Below, one piece after another: positions 10,382 to 18,440 of a DNA stretch of 31,201 nt. The stretch covers positions 1 to 31,201 of the forward strand of contig JAYUKV010000131.1 of assembly GCA_043764135.1 (NCBI GenBank). Reading direction: 5' to 3'. The notes below the pieces were generated by a model that was given only the letters and a program-made list of their open reading frames with translations, did not search any database and had not been told where the DNA came from. The DNA is from a bacterium (GTDB lineage: Bacteria > Patescibacteriota > JACMRA01). Every line of letters starts with the position of its first letter. Position 1 is the first letter of the stretch. The translations under genes were made by a program, and so were the position numbers.

Positions 10382-10589
10382 ATATTAGATTGCAAAAATG
10401 AAGAATATCTGAAAAGACATAAAATCTTATAAAATGCTTGAAAATCAACCTAAATCTTCCTTAAACAAACATAAATCACTCCATTTCAAATGACTTTTTT
10501 CACTATCTGATCGTATCTCTCTTTATGATTTTGTTTTAGTTCATAAGTAAAAAATAATTATTGATCATTCAGTATTTACTTAATAAATT

Positions 10590-10610
10590 AGACCGCTATC
10601 ATTGCGGTCT
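10590..10610 (-). terminator. Hairpin after ORF 10617..10862
   Basis: AGACCGC/GCGGTCT 7-bp GC-rich stem 6 nt past the stop; weak T-tract. Confidence 0.55.
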
Positions 10611-10616
10611 GAAAAA

Positions 10617-10862
10617 TTAATTAGTTCGATAAGTGTTTTCTAATTGAGCTTTTTTAAGATTTAATTGTGCATTTTTTAGCTCATCTTCTACAAGTACTTC
10701 TAACTCTACAACTATTTTGTTCAATTCCTCTAGTTGGAGATTTACCTTTCTTAGATTTGTTTCTAATTGGTCTAGATCATAACATATTTGGTGTATTTCT
10801 CCATAACTTATGCTGGAAACGTAAATGTTAATAATAGCATTAAATGTTAAGTATGAAAGCAT
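10617..10862 (-). CDS. Small coiled-coil hypothetical protein, 81 aa
   Basis: GAGGT SD 5 nt before ATG, TTGACA at 10927-10922, downstream hairpin; leucine heptads. Confidence 0.7.
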   Translation of the reverse strand: MLSYLTFNAIINIYVSSISYGEIHQICYDLDQLETNLRKVNLQLEELNKIVVELEVLVEDELKNAQLNLKKAQLENTYRTN

Positions 10863-10969
10863 GGCTTACCTCGTCTTGTTAACTTGTAGAACTATACTAG
10901 TAGTACTCATATTTTTTCTAATGTCAATTTCTATGTTCAATTTTACAAATATTTTACCAATTCTGATCT

Positions 10970-11006
10970 AAAAAAATTATCCTCCAAAACAAATGTTTTG
11001 GAGGAT
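10970..11006 (-). terminator. Intrinsic terminator of ORF 11020..12009
   Basis: Perfect 12-bp stem ATCCTCCAAAAC/GTTTTGGAGGAT followed by AATTTTTTT on the minus strand. Confidence 0.85.
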
Positions 11007-11019
11007 AGTGTCAAATTAA

Positions 11020-12009
11020 TTAGAATTGATTGTAATAGTGTTGAGTTAGTACAATTAATTCCTGAATTTGAACAGTAGAAGAGGCAGTCATAGGACTCTC
11101 AATAATACCACTAGAGGAACCTCCCCAACCCACTTCAGCAATATTTTGTTTAAAGAAGGGGACAAAGCCTGGATGATTGGACCCGTTCTGGATCATCAAC
11201 GAGAATTTGTTTATAGGTTCACTTTGACCATTGAAGCCTTTAAATTCTGGCAAGTGTAGGATAGCGGTTGTGTCAACTGTCGGCGTGAAAAGATAGAGAA
11301 GTTCGGGCAGAAGTCCGGAACCTAATGTGGTAGCCAAGGAAATCGAGTGATCATGATAAACAATCGATTTTGCAAGATTTGCAATTTCATTAACATGTCT
11401 ATCATTGAAAAACCTTGGTTCAGTCGGGTTGGATAACTCCTGACCGAATGCTTCGAGCTTTTCTTCGAGGCTTGTTGCTTTGTTGTTACAAATCCCAATA
11501 TAATTTGAGATCATGTAGGTTACTGAATTCTTAAGCATTTCGGCAATTAATCCAGTATCACTTGCATCAACCGTAGTTCGATCAATCAGCATTCTACGGC
11601 AATCGTGAGCTGCAATCAGCTCTAATTGTCGTTTTTGAACAACTGTCAGATCGCTAAAGTTTCTACCAGATTGTCTCTGATAAATTACCCATAAAGCAGC
11701 GAGCGCATCTGGGTCTAGTCTTCCAGGCAATGCCACAATGCAATTATCTGCGAACAGTGGTTTATGGTTCCATGCGGACTCGCAAGCTGCAATTCCATAT
11801 TGTGCTTGAAATGTGAGTTCATGCCCATCATAGATGCGGTAAAGCATCAATTTAGCAAGATTTTTATCTTGAACTGCTGCGTGCTGTGGATCGAATGAAA
11901 TCGTTCCATAGCCTAATGTAAGCGCAGCGAATTCATTAATTTCGATCGCAATAATTTGTTCTTTTGTATCGAGAATGTTTTCAATAATCAGACTTTGAGT
12001 CAATTTCAT
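11020..12009 (-). CDS. Hypothetical protein, 329 aa; tentatively a divergent DHH-like phosphoesterase fold
   Basis: GAGG SD, promoter and terminator; motifs FDPQH, RLDPDALAALW, AAHD and C-terminal GWGGSSSGIIESP loosely recall DHH/DHHA1 architecture. ORF is secure; function is tentative. Confidence 0.6.
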   Translation of the reverse strand: MKLTQSLIIENILDTKEQIIAIEINEFAALTLGYGTISFDPQHAAVQDKNLAKLMLYRIYDGHELTFQAQYGIAACESAWNHKPLFADNCIVALPGRLDPDALAALWVIYQRQSGRNFSDLTVVQKRQLELIAAHDCRRMLIDRTTVDASDTGLIAEMLKNSVTYMISNYIGICNNKATSLEEKLEAFGQELSNPTEPRFFNDRHVNEIANLAKSIVYHDHSISLATTLGSGLLPELLYLFTPTVDTTAILHLPEFKGFNGQSEPINKFSLMIQNGSNHPGFVPFFKQNIAEVGWGGSSSGIIESPMTASSTVQIQELIVLTQHYYNQF

Positions 12010-12039
12010 TTGAATCCTCTAATATATAGGTCTAGTCCT

Positions 12040-12068
12040 TAAATAGCACAATAATTGTATGATGTCAA
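12040..12068 (-). promoter_or_regulatory. Sigma70-type promoter of ORF 11020..12009
   Basis: TTGACA (12068-12063)-N17-TATTTA (12045-12040). Confidence 0.55.
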
Positions 12069-12191
12069 TCTTAATTGTTCAAAAACTAACACTTATTAAA
12101 TATATTATCAAATACAATAAAAAATGTAATATTTTTAAGTAAAATGGGTTATAAAAAAGTTCATTTTAATTCAATTAAATTAGCGATTTAT

Positions 12192-12491
12192 GGTGTTTTC
12201 GAACATACCTCGCCCTTTGGCCACTCCTTTCAACCTTGAAAGGAGAAATTCTTAGAAGTTGATTAACAGATGTTGTAAAACATTTCCATTATCTTATTTC
12301 AAAAATAGAAACTCTGCTTTATTTAAAGAACCTTTCAAGGCTGAACCCTCACCTAAATCTTTTTGCAAAAGATTCAGGAAACCTGAAGGGAACCCTCACC
12401 TAAATTCAAACAGTCGATTTTCTCTAAGTTTTAAATTCAAGTACCTGAGGGGTGCGATAGCTAATAGTGATGTGGTTTGTTCGAAAATATC
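12192..12491. mobile_element. REPIN/MITE-like non-autonomous palindromic element, 300 nt
   Basis: Terminal inverted repeats GGTGTTTTCGAACATACCTC / GTGGTTTGTTCGAAAATATC (16/20); internal hairpin CTCCTTTCAA-CC-TTGAAAGGAG; left end repeated at 18441. Confidence 0.55.
12343..12405 (+). repeat. 16-bp direct repeat GAACCCTCACCTAAAT x2, period 47
   Basis: Exact copies at 12343-12358 and 12390-12405, separated by hairpins AATCTTTT/AAAAGATT and TTCAGG/CCTGAA. Confidence 0.9.
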
Positions 12492-12529
12492 CTAACTGTA
12501 TTATCACACTTAATTCATCATAACTAGTT

Positions 12530-12557
12530 AAAAAAATTAGCCTATTAAAATAAGGCT
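12530..12557 (-). terminator. Terminator of ORF 12566..13174
   Basis: AGCCT...AGGCT stem followed by AATTTTTTT on the minus strand. Confidence 0.6.
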
Positions 12558-12565
12558 GTAAATAC

Positions 12566-13174
12566 TTACAAAATTAATGTGATAAGCGCCTGATATAGTT
12601 CATCAGGTTCAATATACTTCGAAAGCTTACCTTTTTGATCTACCTTGAATTTAAGTTGAGTTTTATTACCTTTAAAATAATATTCCTCATTGTCTAGATA
12701 TTCAAAAAAAAGAACACCATCAACTTTATTTATTATTAACAAGTGTGGATGCCTAACTGAGATTTTACTAATCAACCTATCTATGTAAGATGCGTGTATT
12801 ACCATTAATATTTGAAAAACAAATATTATTCCAAGTGCAATAATTAACGCCATTGGAGCAATAACATTATGAAACACCAACAAAACAAATATACTTATTC
12901 CAACTACTGGAGAAGCAATTTTACCAAAATTTAGTATTCTTCCGTGAAACCTGGTCTTTTTTAGTATTTTTCTTTGTTTGATAGTAAGTTGAATAGCGTC
13001 AGGGTTATTGTAGTATACAACCTTTAAAGATCCGTCATTTAAATCTAGAATTTGATTAAGAACTTGGAAAAGCTTTGGATCAAATTTTCTGGCATAAAAC
13101 GGTTGTTTTATTTTTTTTGGGTTTTTTGTAAGTAAAACTTGTAACTCCCAATTCAGCTCATCAATTGTACACAT
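12566..13174 (-). CDS. Hypothetical membrane protein (2 TM), 202 aa
   Basis: Two adjacent hydrophobic segments (IASPVVGISIFVLLVF; VIAPMALIIALGIIFVFQILMVI). Confidence 0.75.
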   Translation of the reverse strand: MCTIDELNWELQVLLTKNPKKIKQPFYARKFDPKLFQVLNQILDLNDGSLKVVYYNNPDAIQLTIKQRKILKKTRFHGRILNFGKIASPVVGISIFVLLVFHNVIAPMALIIALGIIFVFQILMVIHASYIDRLISKISVRHPHLLIINKVDGVLFFEYLDNEEYYFKGNKTQLKFKVDQKGKLSKYIEPDELYQALITLIL

Positions 13175-13289
13175 TTGTGATAAAATATTAAGGTGCTAAA
13201 TAATAACTAACACATTACTTGATAAAAATCAAAAAATATGAGATAAACAAGAAATATTCAATTCATGGAATTCTATAAGGTTAAGAAAA

Positions 13290-14120
13290 ATGATCAAGTC
13301 GATTTGCACAATTCTTATAAAAACCTACCAGTTGTTTATAAGTTCATTGACGCCATCAATGTGTAATTACAAAAATACCTGCTCTCAATATACAAAACAA
13401 GCAATTGCAAAATGGGGTTTTGTAGATGGTTCTATCCTTGCAACTAGATACCTCAAGCTATGCGCCCAAGAAGGCAAGTCATTACGAAAAATTCATATTA
13501 CTGAGAAGCACTACTTCGATGGCTATCAAGTACCAATTACTAAACCAGTAATTAAGGGAAAAGAATATTTGAATTTTTTAATTTCTATTACTCTTTATTC
13601 CATGATTGCACCATTAACAATGTTGTTGATATTGAATTATGATTTGGGGTTTAGCTTGGTTCTTGGTGTGTTTTACTTTTTGATTTATGCATTAACTGTT
13701 ATTCTAAAATTAAAACACCGCAAGCTTAAAATTTTAAGTCCAATCTTAAAGTTAAATTTGTTGCCTGTTATCAGTGTCAGCTTTCCTTCGATTTTTATTG
13801 CTTGTACTGTAAAATCAATTTTTGAACCCACTAAGCTAGAATCCCAACTTGGTCTAAACAATAAGACAAAACTTATTGTGGCGGCTGTAATTATTGCTGT
13901 GATAGGTTTGTCGATTATGTTTTATTCACCATTAGTTGGATGTGTAATTGTACTTGCTGGCTATCTTACAGTTTGGAAGAACAGCCCTACAGAAAGAGGA
14001 AATTTGGATAATAATCTTGGATTGATCGCTCTTTCTATTGGGTGTATTTTGTTCTATTATAGTCCAGTTTTTGCACTACCTTTGATAATACTCTGGTGGG
14101 AATCTAATAAGAATCGATGA
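13290..14120 (+). CDS. yidD: YidD-like (membrane insertion efficiency factor) domain fused to a multi-TM domain
   Basis: IKTYQLFIS...CNYKNTCSQYTKQAIAKWGFVDGSILATRYLKLC is the YidD three-Cys signature; followed by about 200 aa with several TM helices. Confidence 0.7.
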   Translation: MIKSICTILIKTYQLFISSLTPSMCNYKNTCSQYTKQAIAKWGFVDGSILATRYLKLCAQEGKSLRKIHITEKHYFDGYQVPITKPVIKGKEYLNFLISITLYSMIAPLTMLLILNYDLGFSLVLGVFYFLIYALTVILKLKHRKLKILSPILKLNLLPVISVSFPSIFIACTVKSIFEPTKLESQLGLNNKTKLIVAAVIIAVIGLSIMFYSPLVGCVIVLAGYLTVWKNSPTERGNLDNNLGLIALSIGCILFYYSPVFALPLIILWWESNKNR

Positions 14121-14159
14121 GTTATTGATTTTTAAAAAGAATTTGTTATTACATCTCAA

Positions 14160-14192
14160 GCCAATCCAGATTATCTGGGTTGGCATTTTAAT
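14160..14192 (+). terminator. Intrinsic terminator
   Basis: 11-bp stem GCCAATCCAGA/TCTGGGTTGGC (one G-U) followed by ATTTTAATTT. Confidence 0.7.
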
Positions 14193-14317
14193 TTGATTGA
14201 ATTTTAATTGCTACTTTTTCTGTTAATTTAGATACTTAATAATAGTATTTTGACTATAATGGTTTAATATGTTAATTGATATTTTGTAGACTATTCATAA
14301 GCAAAGAGGTAAATCAG

Positions 14318-15214
14318 ATGGCTGTAGATTTGAAAAATAAAAGTTTCACGTTAGTAAATAACTATGGAACTACTTTTATTGCTGTTTTTGAACTTACCAA
14401 AGTAAGCTCTTTTAAAACAGAAGAAGAATTTCAAAACTTTCTTAAAAAGTATAAAAAGTAAATTGAAGAAGCTCAAAGCTCTAAGCTTTTTGATGAGGAA
14501 ACATCTTATGCATTAGGTGGCTTTGACATTCAATTGGCCACTGCTGGTTTAAAGAGCAACAAAGTAATTGTTACATTGGGCGGCTCTTGCTCTAGTTCCT
14601 TGGTGGAAGATATTGACCCTGTCAAAGGCTTTGGTAGTATTCTATCACGAATGCTCAATAGCTACTTTGATACGGAGTTTGTCTTATCATGTGACCCTAA
14701 GCCAGGTGAAGTACCTTACAAGATTATGGCTCTTCAATTGAATGAGTCTATCTTGGTTGATACTTTTGATGAAGACTTTAACAAGTTTGATCAATTACAA
14801 CCTAAGAAGGTCGAAGGTAGATCTCCATTGTTTGATTATGGTCGTACTTATTCCGATGTATATTGGGATTATTACTTCATTGATGCATTGGGTGATGTTA
14901 TCGAATTGTCATTTAATGTTGCTCAAATCCTTTTGGAAAATGGCTCTAACGTAGCAAGTTCTGTAGATTTTGCAGAACCTGCAATAAGCGTAATTCCAGA
15001 GATTCTAGCTTCAACAGATGCTCCTATTTCTGTAGTTTCAGAGGCAGCAGCTTCTGTACCAGATGTAGATGGAGATGCTTTGGGCTGGTTTGGTGACTTA
15101 TTTGGCGGTATCGGTGATATGTTCTCCGGAATGTTTGATAGTTGCTCAGTACCAGATTGCGATGTTCCTGATTGCGGAGGTCTAGATTGCGGAGGAGTTG
15201 ATTGTTCAAGCTAA
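14318..15214 (+). pseudogene. Single acidic hypothetical gene (298 codons) broken by one in-frame TAA; Cys/Asp-repeat C-terminus
   Basis: ATG 14318 has a GAGGT SD. ORFs 14276..14461 and 14534..15214 share a frame and the intervening codons are open (KYKK*IEEAQSSKLFDEETSYALGGFDIQL-ATAG). Confidence 0.7.
15143..15205 (+). repeat. Degenerate 15-bp coding tandem repeat encoding (CxxxD)4-C
   Basis: TGCTCAGTACCAGAT TGCGATGTTCCTGAT TGCGGAGGTCTAGAT TGCGGAGGAGTTGAT TGT = CSVPD CDVPD CGGLD CGGVD C. Confidence 0.9.
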
Positions 15215-15244
15215 GCACAACTAAAATTGGAATTTAATTATTTT

Positions 15245-15278
15245 TTCGCCCTTTTTTGATTTAAGGGCGAATATTTTA
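15245..15278 (+). terminator. Intrinsic terminator
   Basis: TTCGCCCTT/AAGGGCGAA 9-bp stem followed by TATTTTAT. Confidence 0.75.
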
Positions 15279-15323
15279 TAGCCGCTTGTCTATTCTCATA
15301 TAATTTGTAAATATAAATAGATA

Positions 15324-16280
15324 ATGGCTAATTTTTGGTTAGAACTGCCTAAGAATTTTTCTGTATTGGCACCAATGGAGGATGTTACTGACACCGTTTT
15401 TAGACAGGTGATTATTAAGGCGGGAAGACCTGATGTTATGTTTACAGAGTTTACTAATTGCGATGGTATGTGTTCGATTGGTCAAGCAAATCTAATCCAC
15501 AGACTTAAATTTTCATCGCTTGAAAAGCCAATAGTCGCACAAATCTGGGGAAAAACTCCAGAAAACTATTATCAGACAGCTAAACTATGCTTAGAAATGG
15601 GTTTTGATGGAGTTGATATTAATATGGGATGTCCTGAAAAAAGTGTTATAAAGCAAGGTGCTTGTTCAGCTTTAATAAACAATCACGAATTGGCTTCTGA
15701 GATAATTAAATCAGTAAATAGAGCTGTAGAAGGCAAGATCCCAGTATCAGTCAAAACAAGAATAGGCTTTAATACTATTGTTACAGAAGATTGGATTGGA
15801 TTCTTGTTAAAACAGAATATTCAAGCGCTTACTGTACACTCAAGGACCGCCAAAGAACTAAGCGATGCGCCTAATCACTTTGAACAGTATGAGATAATAC
15901 AAAGTTTAAGAGATGAAATCAATCCGAATTGTATACTTATTGCAAATGGTGATATAACTGATTCTACACATGGGGTTAATGTATGTGAGCAATATCAGAT
16001 TGAAGGTTACATGATTGGACGAGGAGTATTTCAAAATCCTTGGTGTTTTAATCCCACAATAAAGATTGATGAAGTCTCAAAACAAACAAGACTAGAATTA
16101 TTACAATTCCATTTAAATCTATGGTCCGAAACTTGGCAAAATTCAAAATCCTATCCAAAACTCAAAAAATATTTCAAAATCTATATTCAATCATTTGCAC
16201 AAGCTTCTGACTTGAGAGTATCATTAATGGAAACAAAATATATTGAAGAAGCAAAAAAAATTATCTTTGACAATCTTTAA
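15324..16280 (+). CDS. dus: tRNA-dihydrouridine synthase (Dus family)
   Basis: LAPMEDVTD, VAQIWG, DINMGCP (catalytic Cys), PVSVKTRIG, LTVHSRT, ANGDI, MIGRG. Confidence 0.96.
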   Translation: MANFWLELPKNFSVLAPMEDVTDTVFRQVIIKAGRPDVMFTEFTNCDGMCSIGQANLIHRLKFSSLEKPIVAQIWGKTPENYYQTAKLCLEMGFDGVDINMGCPEKSVIKQGACSALINNHELASEIIKSVNRAVEGKIPVSVKTRIGFNTIVTEDWIGFLLKQNIQALTVHSRTAKELSDAPNHFEQYEIIQSLRDEINPNCILIANGDITDSTHGVNVCEQYQIEGYMIGRGVFQNPWCFNPTIKIDEVSKQTRLELLQFHLNLWSETWQNSKSYPKLKKYFKIYIQSFAQASDLRVSLMETKYIEEAKKIIFDNL

Positions 16281-16338
16281 TAATTTTAATTAAATTCAAC
16301 AGTCTACAGATCCCTTACTCATTGAAGGCTATTGATAT

Positions 16339-17127
16339 ATGTTGCAATCTGTTGTTATGTATCAAGAAATTGCTTCCGACACACCTTCTGCAATTGCCAT
16401 TGCAATTGTAATGGCGGGTCGAACAGGCAATCAAATACTATCTCAACGCGATTATCAGACTTATCGATATTTATCGTTAATTGTTTCCAAAATTGCAGTG
16501 GAGTATAGAACCTATGAGGAGCTAGCTTACGATCTCAAGACAAATTTTAAGCTTACAGAAACACCATCGCTTCAATACTTAATGAAAAAAATTACAAGTT
16601 TTTTCAATTGTGATGATGGCGATAATTACTGTCGTGAAAAATGGAATTGTAGAATTATACCAAAATTCATAAGATTCCAAAGCCATCAAAAGCATCTCTG
16701 GCAAGGTCAAATTGAGAAGTATAAAAATACTTTTCGATATATTTCAATAGATATTCAGAGCGAGAATCTGAACCTTAACTCTGCTGTACAGAGTTCAGTT
16801 CATATGCAGTCGAGTAACAATGTTATTCAAATGACACCTCGAACTGAAAAGGTTGAAGAAAAACCTGAAGAAGTTGAGGTTGTTGGCTCGTACAATATCA
16901 AAGTTGATTATCTCAAGTATCTTCTTGAGAAACTTCAACTCAAATTTGGTCCTGCATCAAACACTAAACTTCTTATTCTTTTCTCATCTGTTGTTGAGGT
17001 TGAAGAAGGACTTTTTCAGTTACCCGAACAGGCTTTAACAGATGCTCTAATTACAATGTATGATTCTTTTAGTGAAGATGATGAGTTGAAACTTATCAAT
17101 ATCCTAACACACAAATTGATGAATTAG
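16339..17127 (+). CDS. Hypothetical protein, 262 aa
   Basis: Long ORF with downstream terminator; acidic linker EKVEEKPEEVE; no family recognised. Confidence 0.8.
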   Translation: MLQSVVMYQEIASDTPSAIAIAIVMAGRTGNQILSQRDYQTYRYLSLIVSKIAVEYRTYEELAYDLKTNFKLTETPSLQYLMKKITSFFNCDDGDNYCREKWNCRIIPKFIRFQSHQKHLWQGQIEKYKNTFRYISIDIQSENLNLNSAVQSSVHMQSSNNVIQMTPRTEKVEEKPEEVEVVGSYNIKVDYLKYLLEKLQLKFGPASNTKLLILFSSVVEVEEGLFQLPEQALTDALITMYDSFSEDDELKLINILTHKLMN

Positions 17128-17160
17128 AGCTTTAACATCTGAGCTAATACTTGCTACTTA

Positions 17161-17188
17161 AACACTTTTTATAAAGTGTTATTTTTTA
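17161..17188 (+). terminator. Intrinsic terminator
   Basis: AACACTTT/AAAGTGTT stem followed by ATTTTTT. Confidence 0.7.
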
Positions 17189-17252
17189 TATATGACTTAT
17201 ACATAAGATAAAAAAGTATCAACTATAATAAATAAAACCTATAATTCAATTC

Positions 17253-17281
17253 TTGCTTTATTAGTAAATATATTGTATAAT
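17253..17281 (+). promoter_or_regulatory. Extended -10 promoter of the SPFH gene
   Basis: TTGCTT-N17-TATAAT with TG directly upstream of the -10; only 13 nt to ATG. Confidence 0.65.
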
Positions 17282-17294
17282 CTATGCAAAACTT

Positions 17295-18185
17295 ATGTTT
17301 GAATTATTTATTTTATTTTGGATTGCATTAGCGGTTTTAGCTGTGCTATTCTTTGGTTCGATAGTCAGAATTGTAAAGCAACAAGAAGTATATATTGTTG
17401 AAACTTTAGGTAAGTATTCCAGAAATTTATCTTCTGGACTTAACTTTACAATTCCTTTTTTAGATAGGATTTCTAAAGTTATTAGCCTTAAAGCAAAAAA
17501 CCTAGACTTTAATATTTTAGCTATCACTTCGGATAAAGTGACTATAACTCTTGATACATCACTAATATATCAAGTGATTGAATCAAGAGCGTATGATGTT
17601 GCATACAAACTTGAAAAACCAGAACAAGTAATCAAGACTACCGTTGAAAACTCAATTCGAGCCTACGTAGCAAAAGAAAACCACGAAGAAATACTTCAAA
17701 AACGAGACGAACTTACAATCTATTTAATTGAACATCTTAAAGTATTAATGGAAGGTTGGGGTTATGAAATCCTAAACTTCCAATTAAAGGATGTTGTTCT
17801 TCCTGCCGAAATCACTTCTGCGATGAGTAGAGTAGTAGCTTCTAAGCGTTTACAAGAAGCAGCAGAGAATGAAGCTGGAGCCGAGTATATCAAAGAAGTA
17901 AAAAAAGCAGAAGCCCAAAAACAAGCCAGAATTCTTCAAGGAGAAGGTCTTGCTGGAGAGAGAAAAGCAATTATCAATGGTTTGGCTGAATCAATTACAG
18001 AACTCAAAACACAAACAGAAGTCTCATCAGAATCAGTTCTAAATATAGTAATGTTAAATCAATATATGGATACACTTAGAACTATTGGAAAAGATGATAA
18101 AGGCAACTCAAAAGTAGTATTTTTAAACTCCAATCCTTCTGCGTTAAATGATGCTATGAATCAAGTAAGTGAGCTAATTAAGTAA
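17295..18185 (+). CDS. SPFH/band-7 domain protein (HIR/QmcA-like)
   Basis: N-terminal TM, IVKQQEVYIVETLGKY..LSSGLNF.IPF, TSDKV, LKDV.LP, GEGLAGERKAIINGL, LNQYMDTL. Confidence 0.93.
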   Translation: MFELFILFWIALAVLAVLFFGSIVRIVKQQEVYIVETLGKYSRNLSSGLNFTIPFLDRISKVISLKAKNLDFNILAITSDKVTITLDTSLIYQVIESRAYDVAYKLEKPEQVIKTTVENSIRAYVAKENHEEILQKRDELTIYLIEHLKVLMEGWGYEILNFQLKDVVLPAEITSAMSRVVASKRLQEAAENEAGAEYIKEVKKAEAQKQARILQGEGLAGERKAIINGLAESITELKTQTEVSSESVLNIVMLNQYMDTLRTIGKDDKGNSKVVFLNSNPSALNDAMNQVSELIK

Positions 18186-18274
18186 ATTCAAACTAAAAGT
18201 GAGACTTTGAAATAGTTACAAATAAATTCAAGGACTAATTTAAAATTTTACATTTGCCAATTAAATAAGTTATT

Positions 18275-18437
18275 TATACTCAAACCACACCAACCCCCAT
18301 CTAATATAGATAGAAAAAATTGGATATAATAGTGACTATTTCAAGCTTCTTATGCTTTGCATAAAAGATTGAGATAGTAGCTATTAGATACTATTTTGGC
18401 ATTTAGATAAGGTGGAGGTTGGTATGGTTTGAGTATA
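18275..18437. repeat. 163-nt fold-back element (candidate MITE or 6S-like ncRNA)
   Basis: Arms TATACTCAAACCACACCAACC (18275-18295) / GGTTGGTATGGTTTGAGTATA (18417-18437) match 20/21; ATCTAA/TTAGAT extension; inner hairpin 18336-18377. Confidence 0.8.
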
Positions 18438-18440
18438 TAT

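Noticed and set aside
12343-12405. CRISPR mini-array
   Set aside because: Only two 16-bp units, too short for CRISPR repeats, and no cas genes.
12259-12495. 78-aa ORF (TTG start) in the ORF track
   Set aside because: Lies entirely within the palindromic repeat element, has no SD, and reflects repeat sequence.
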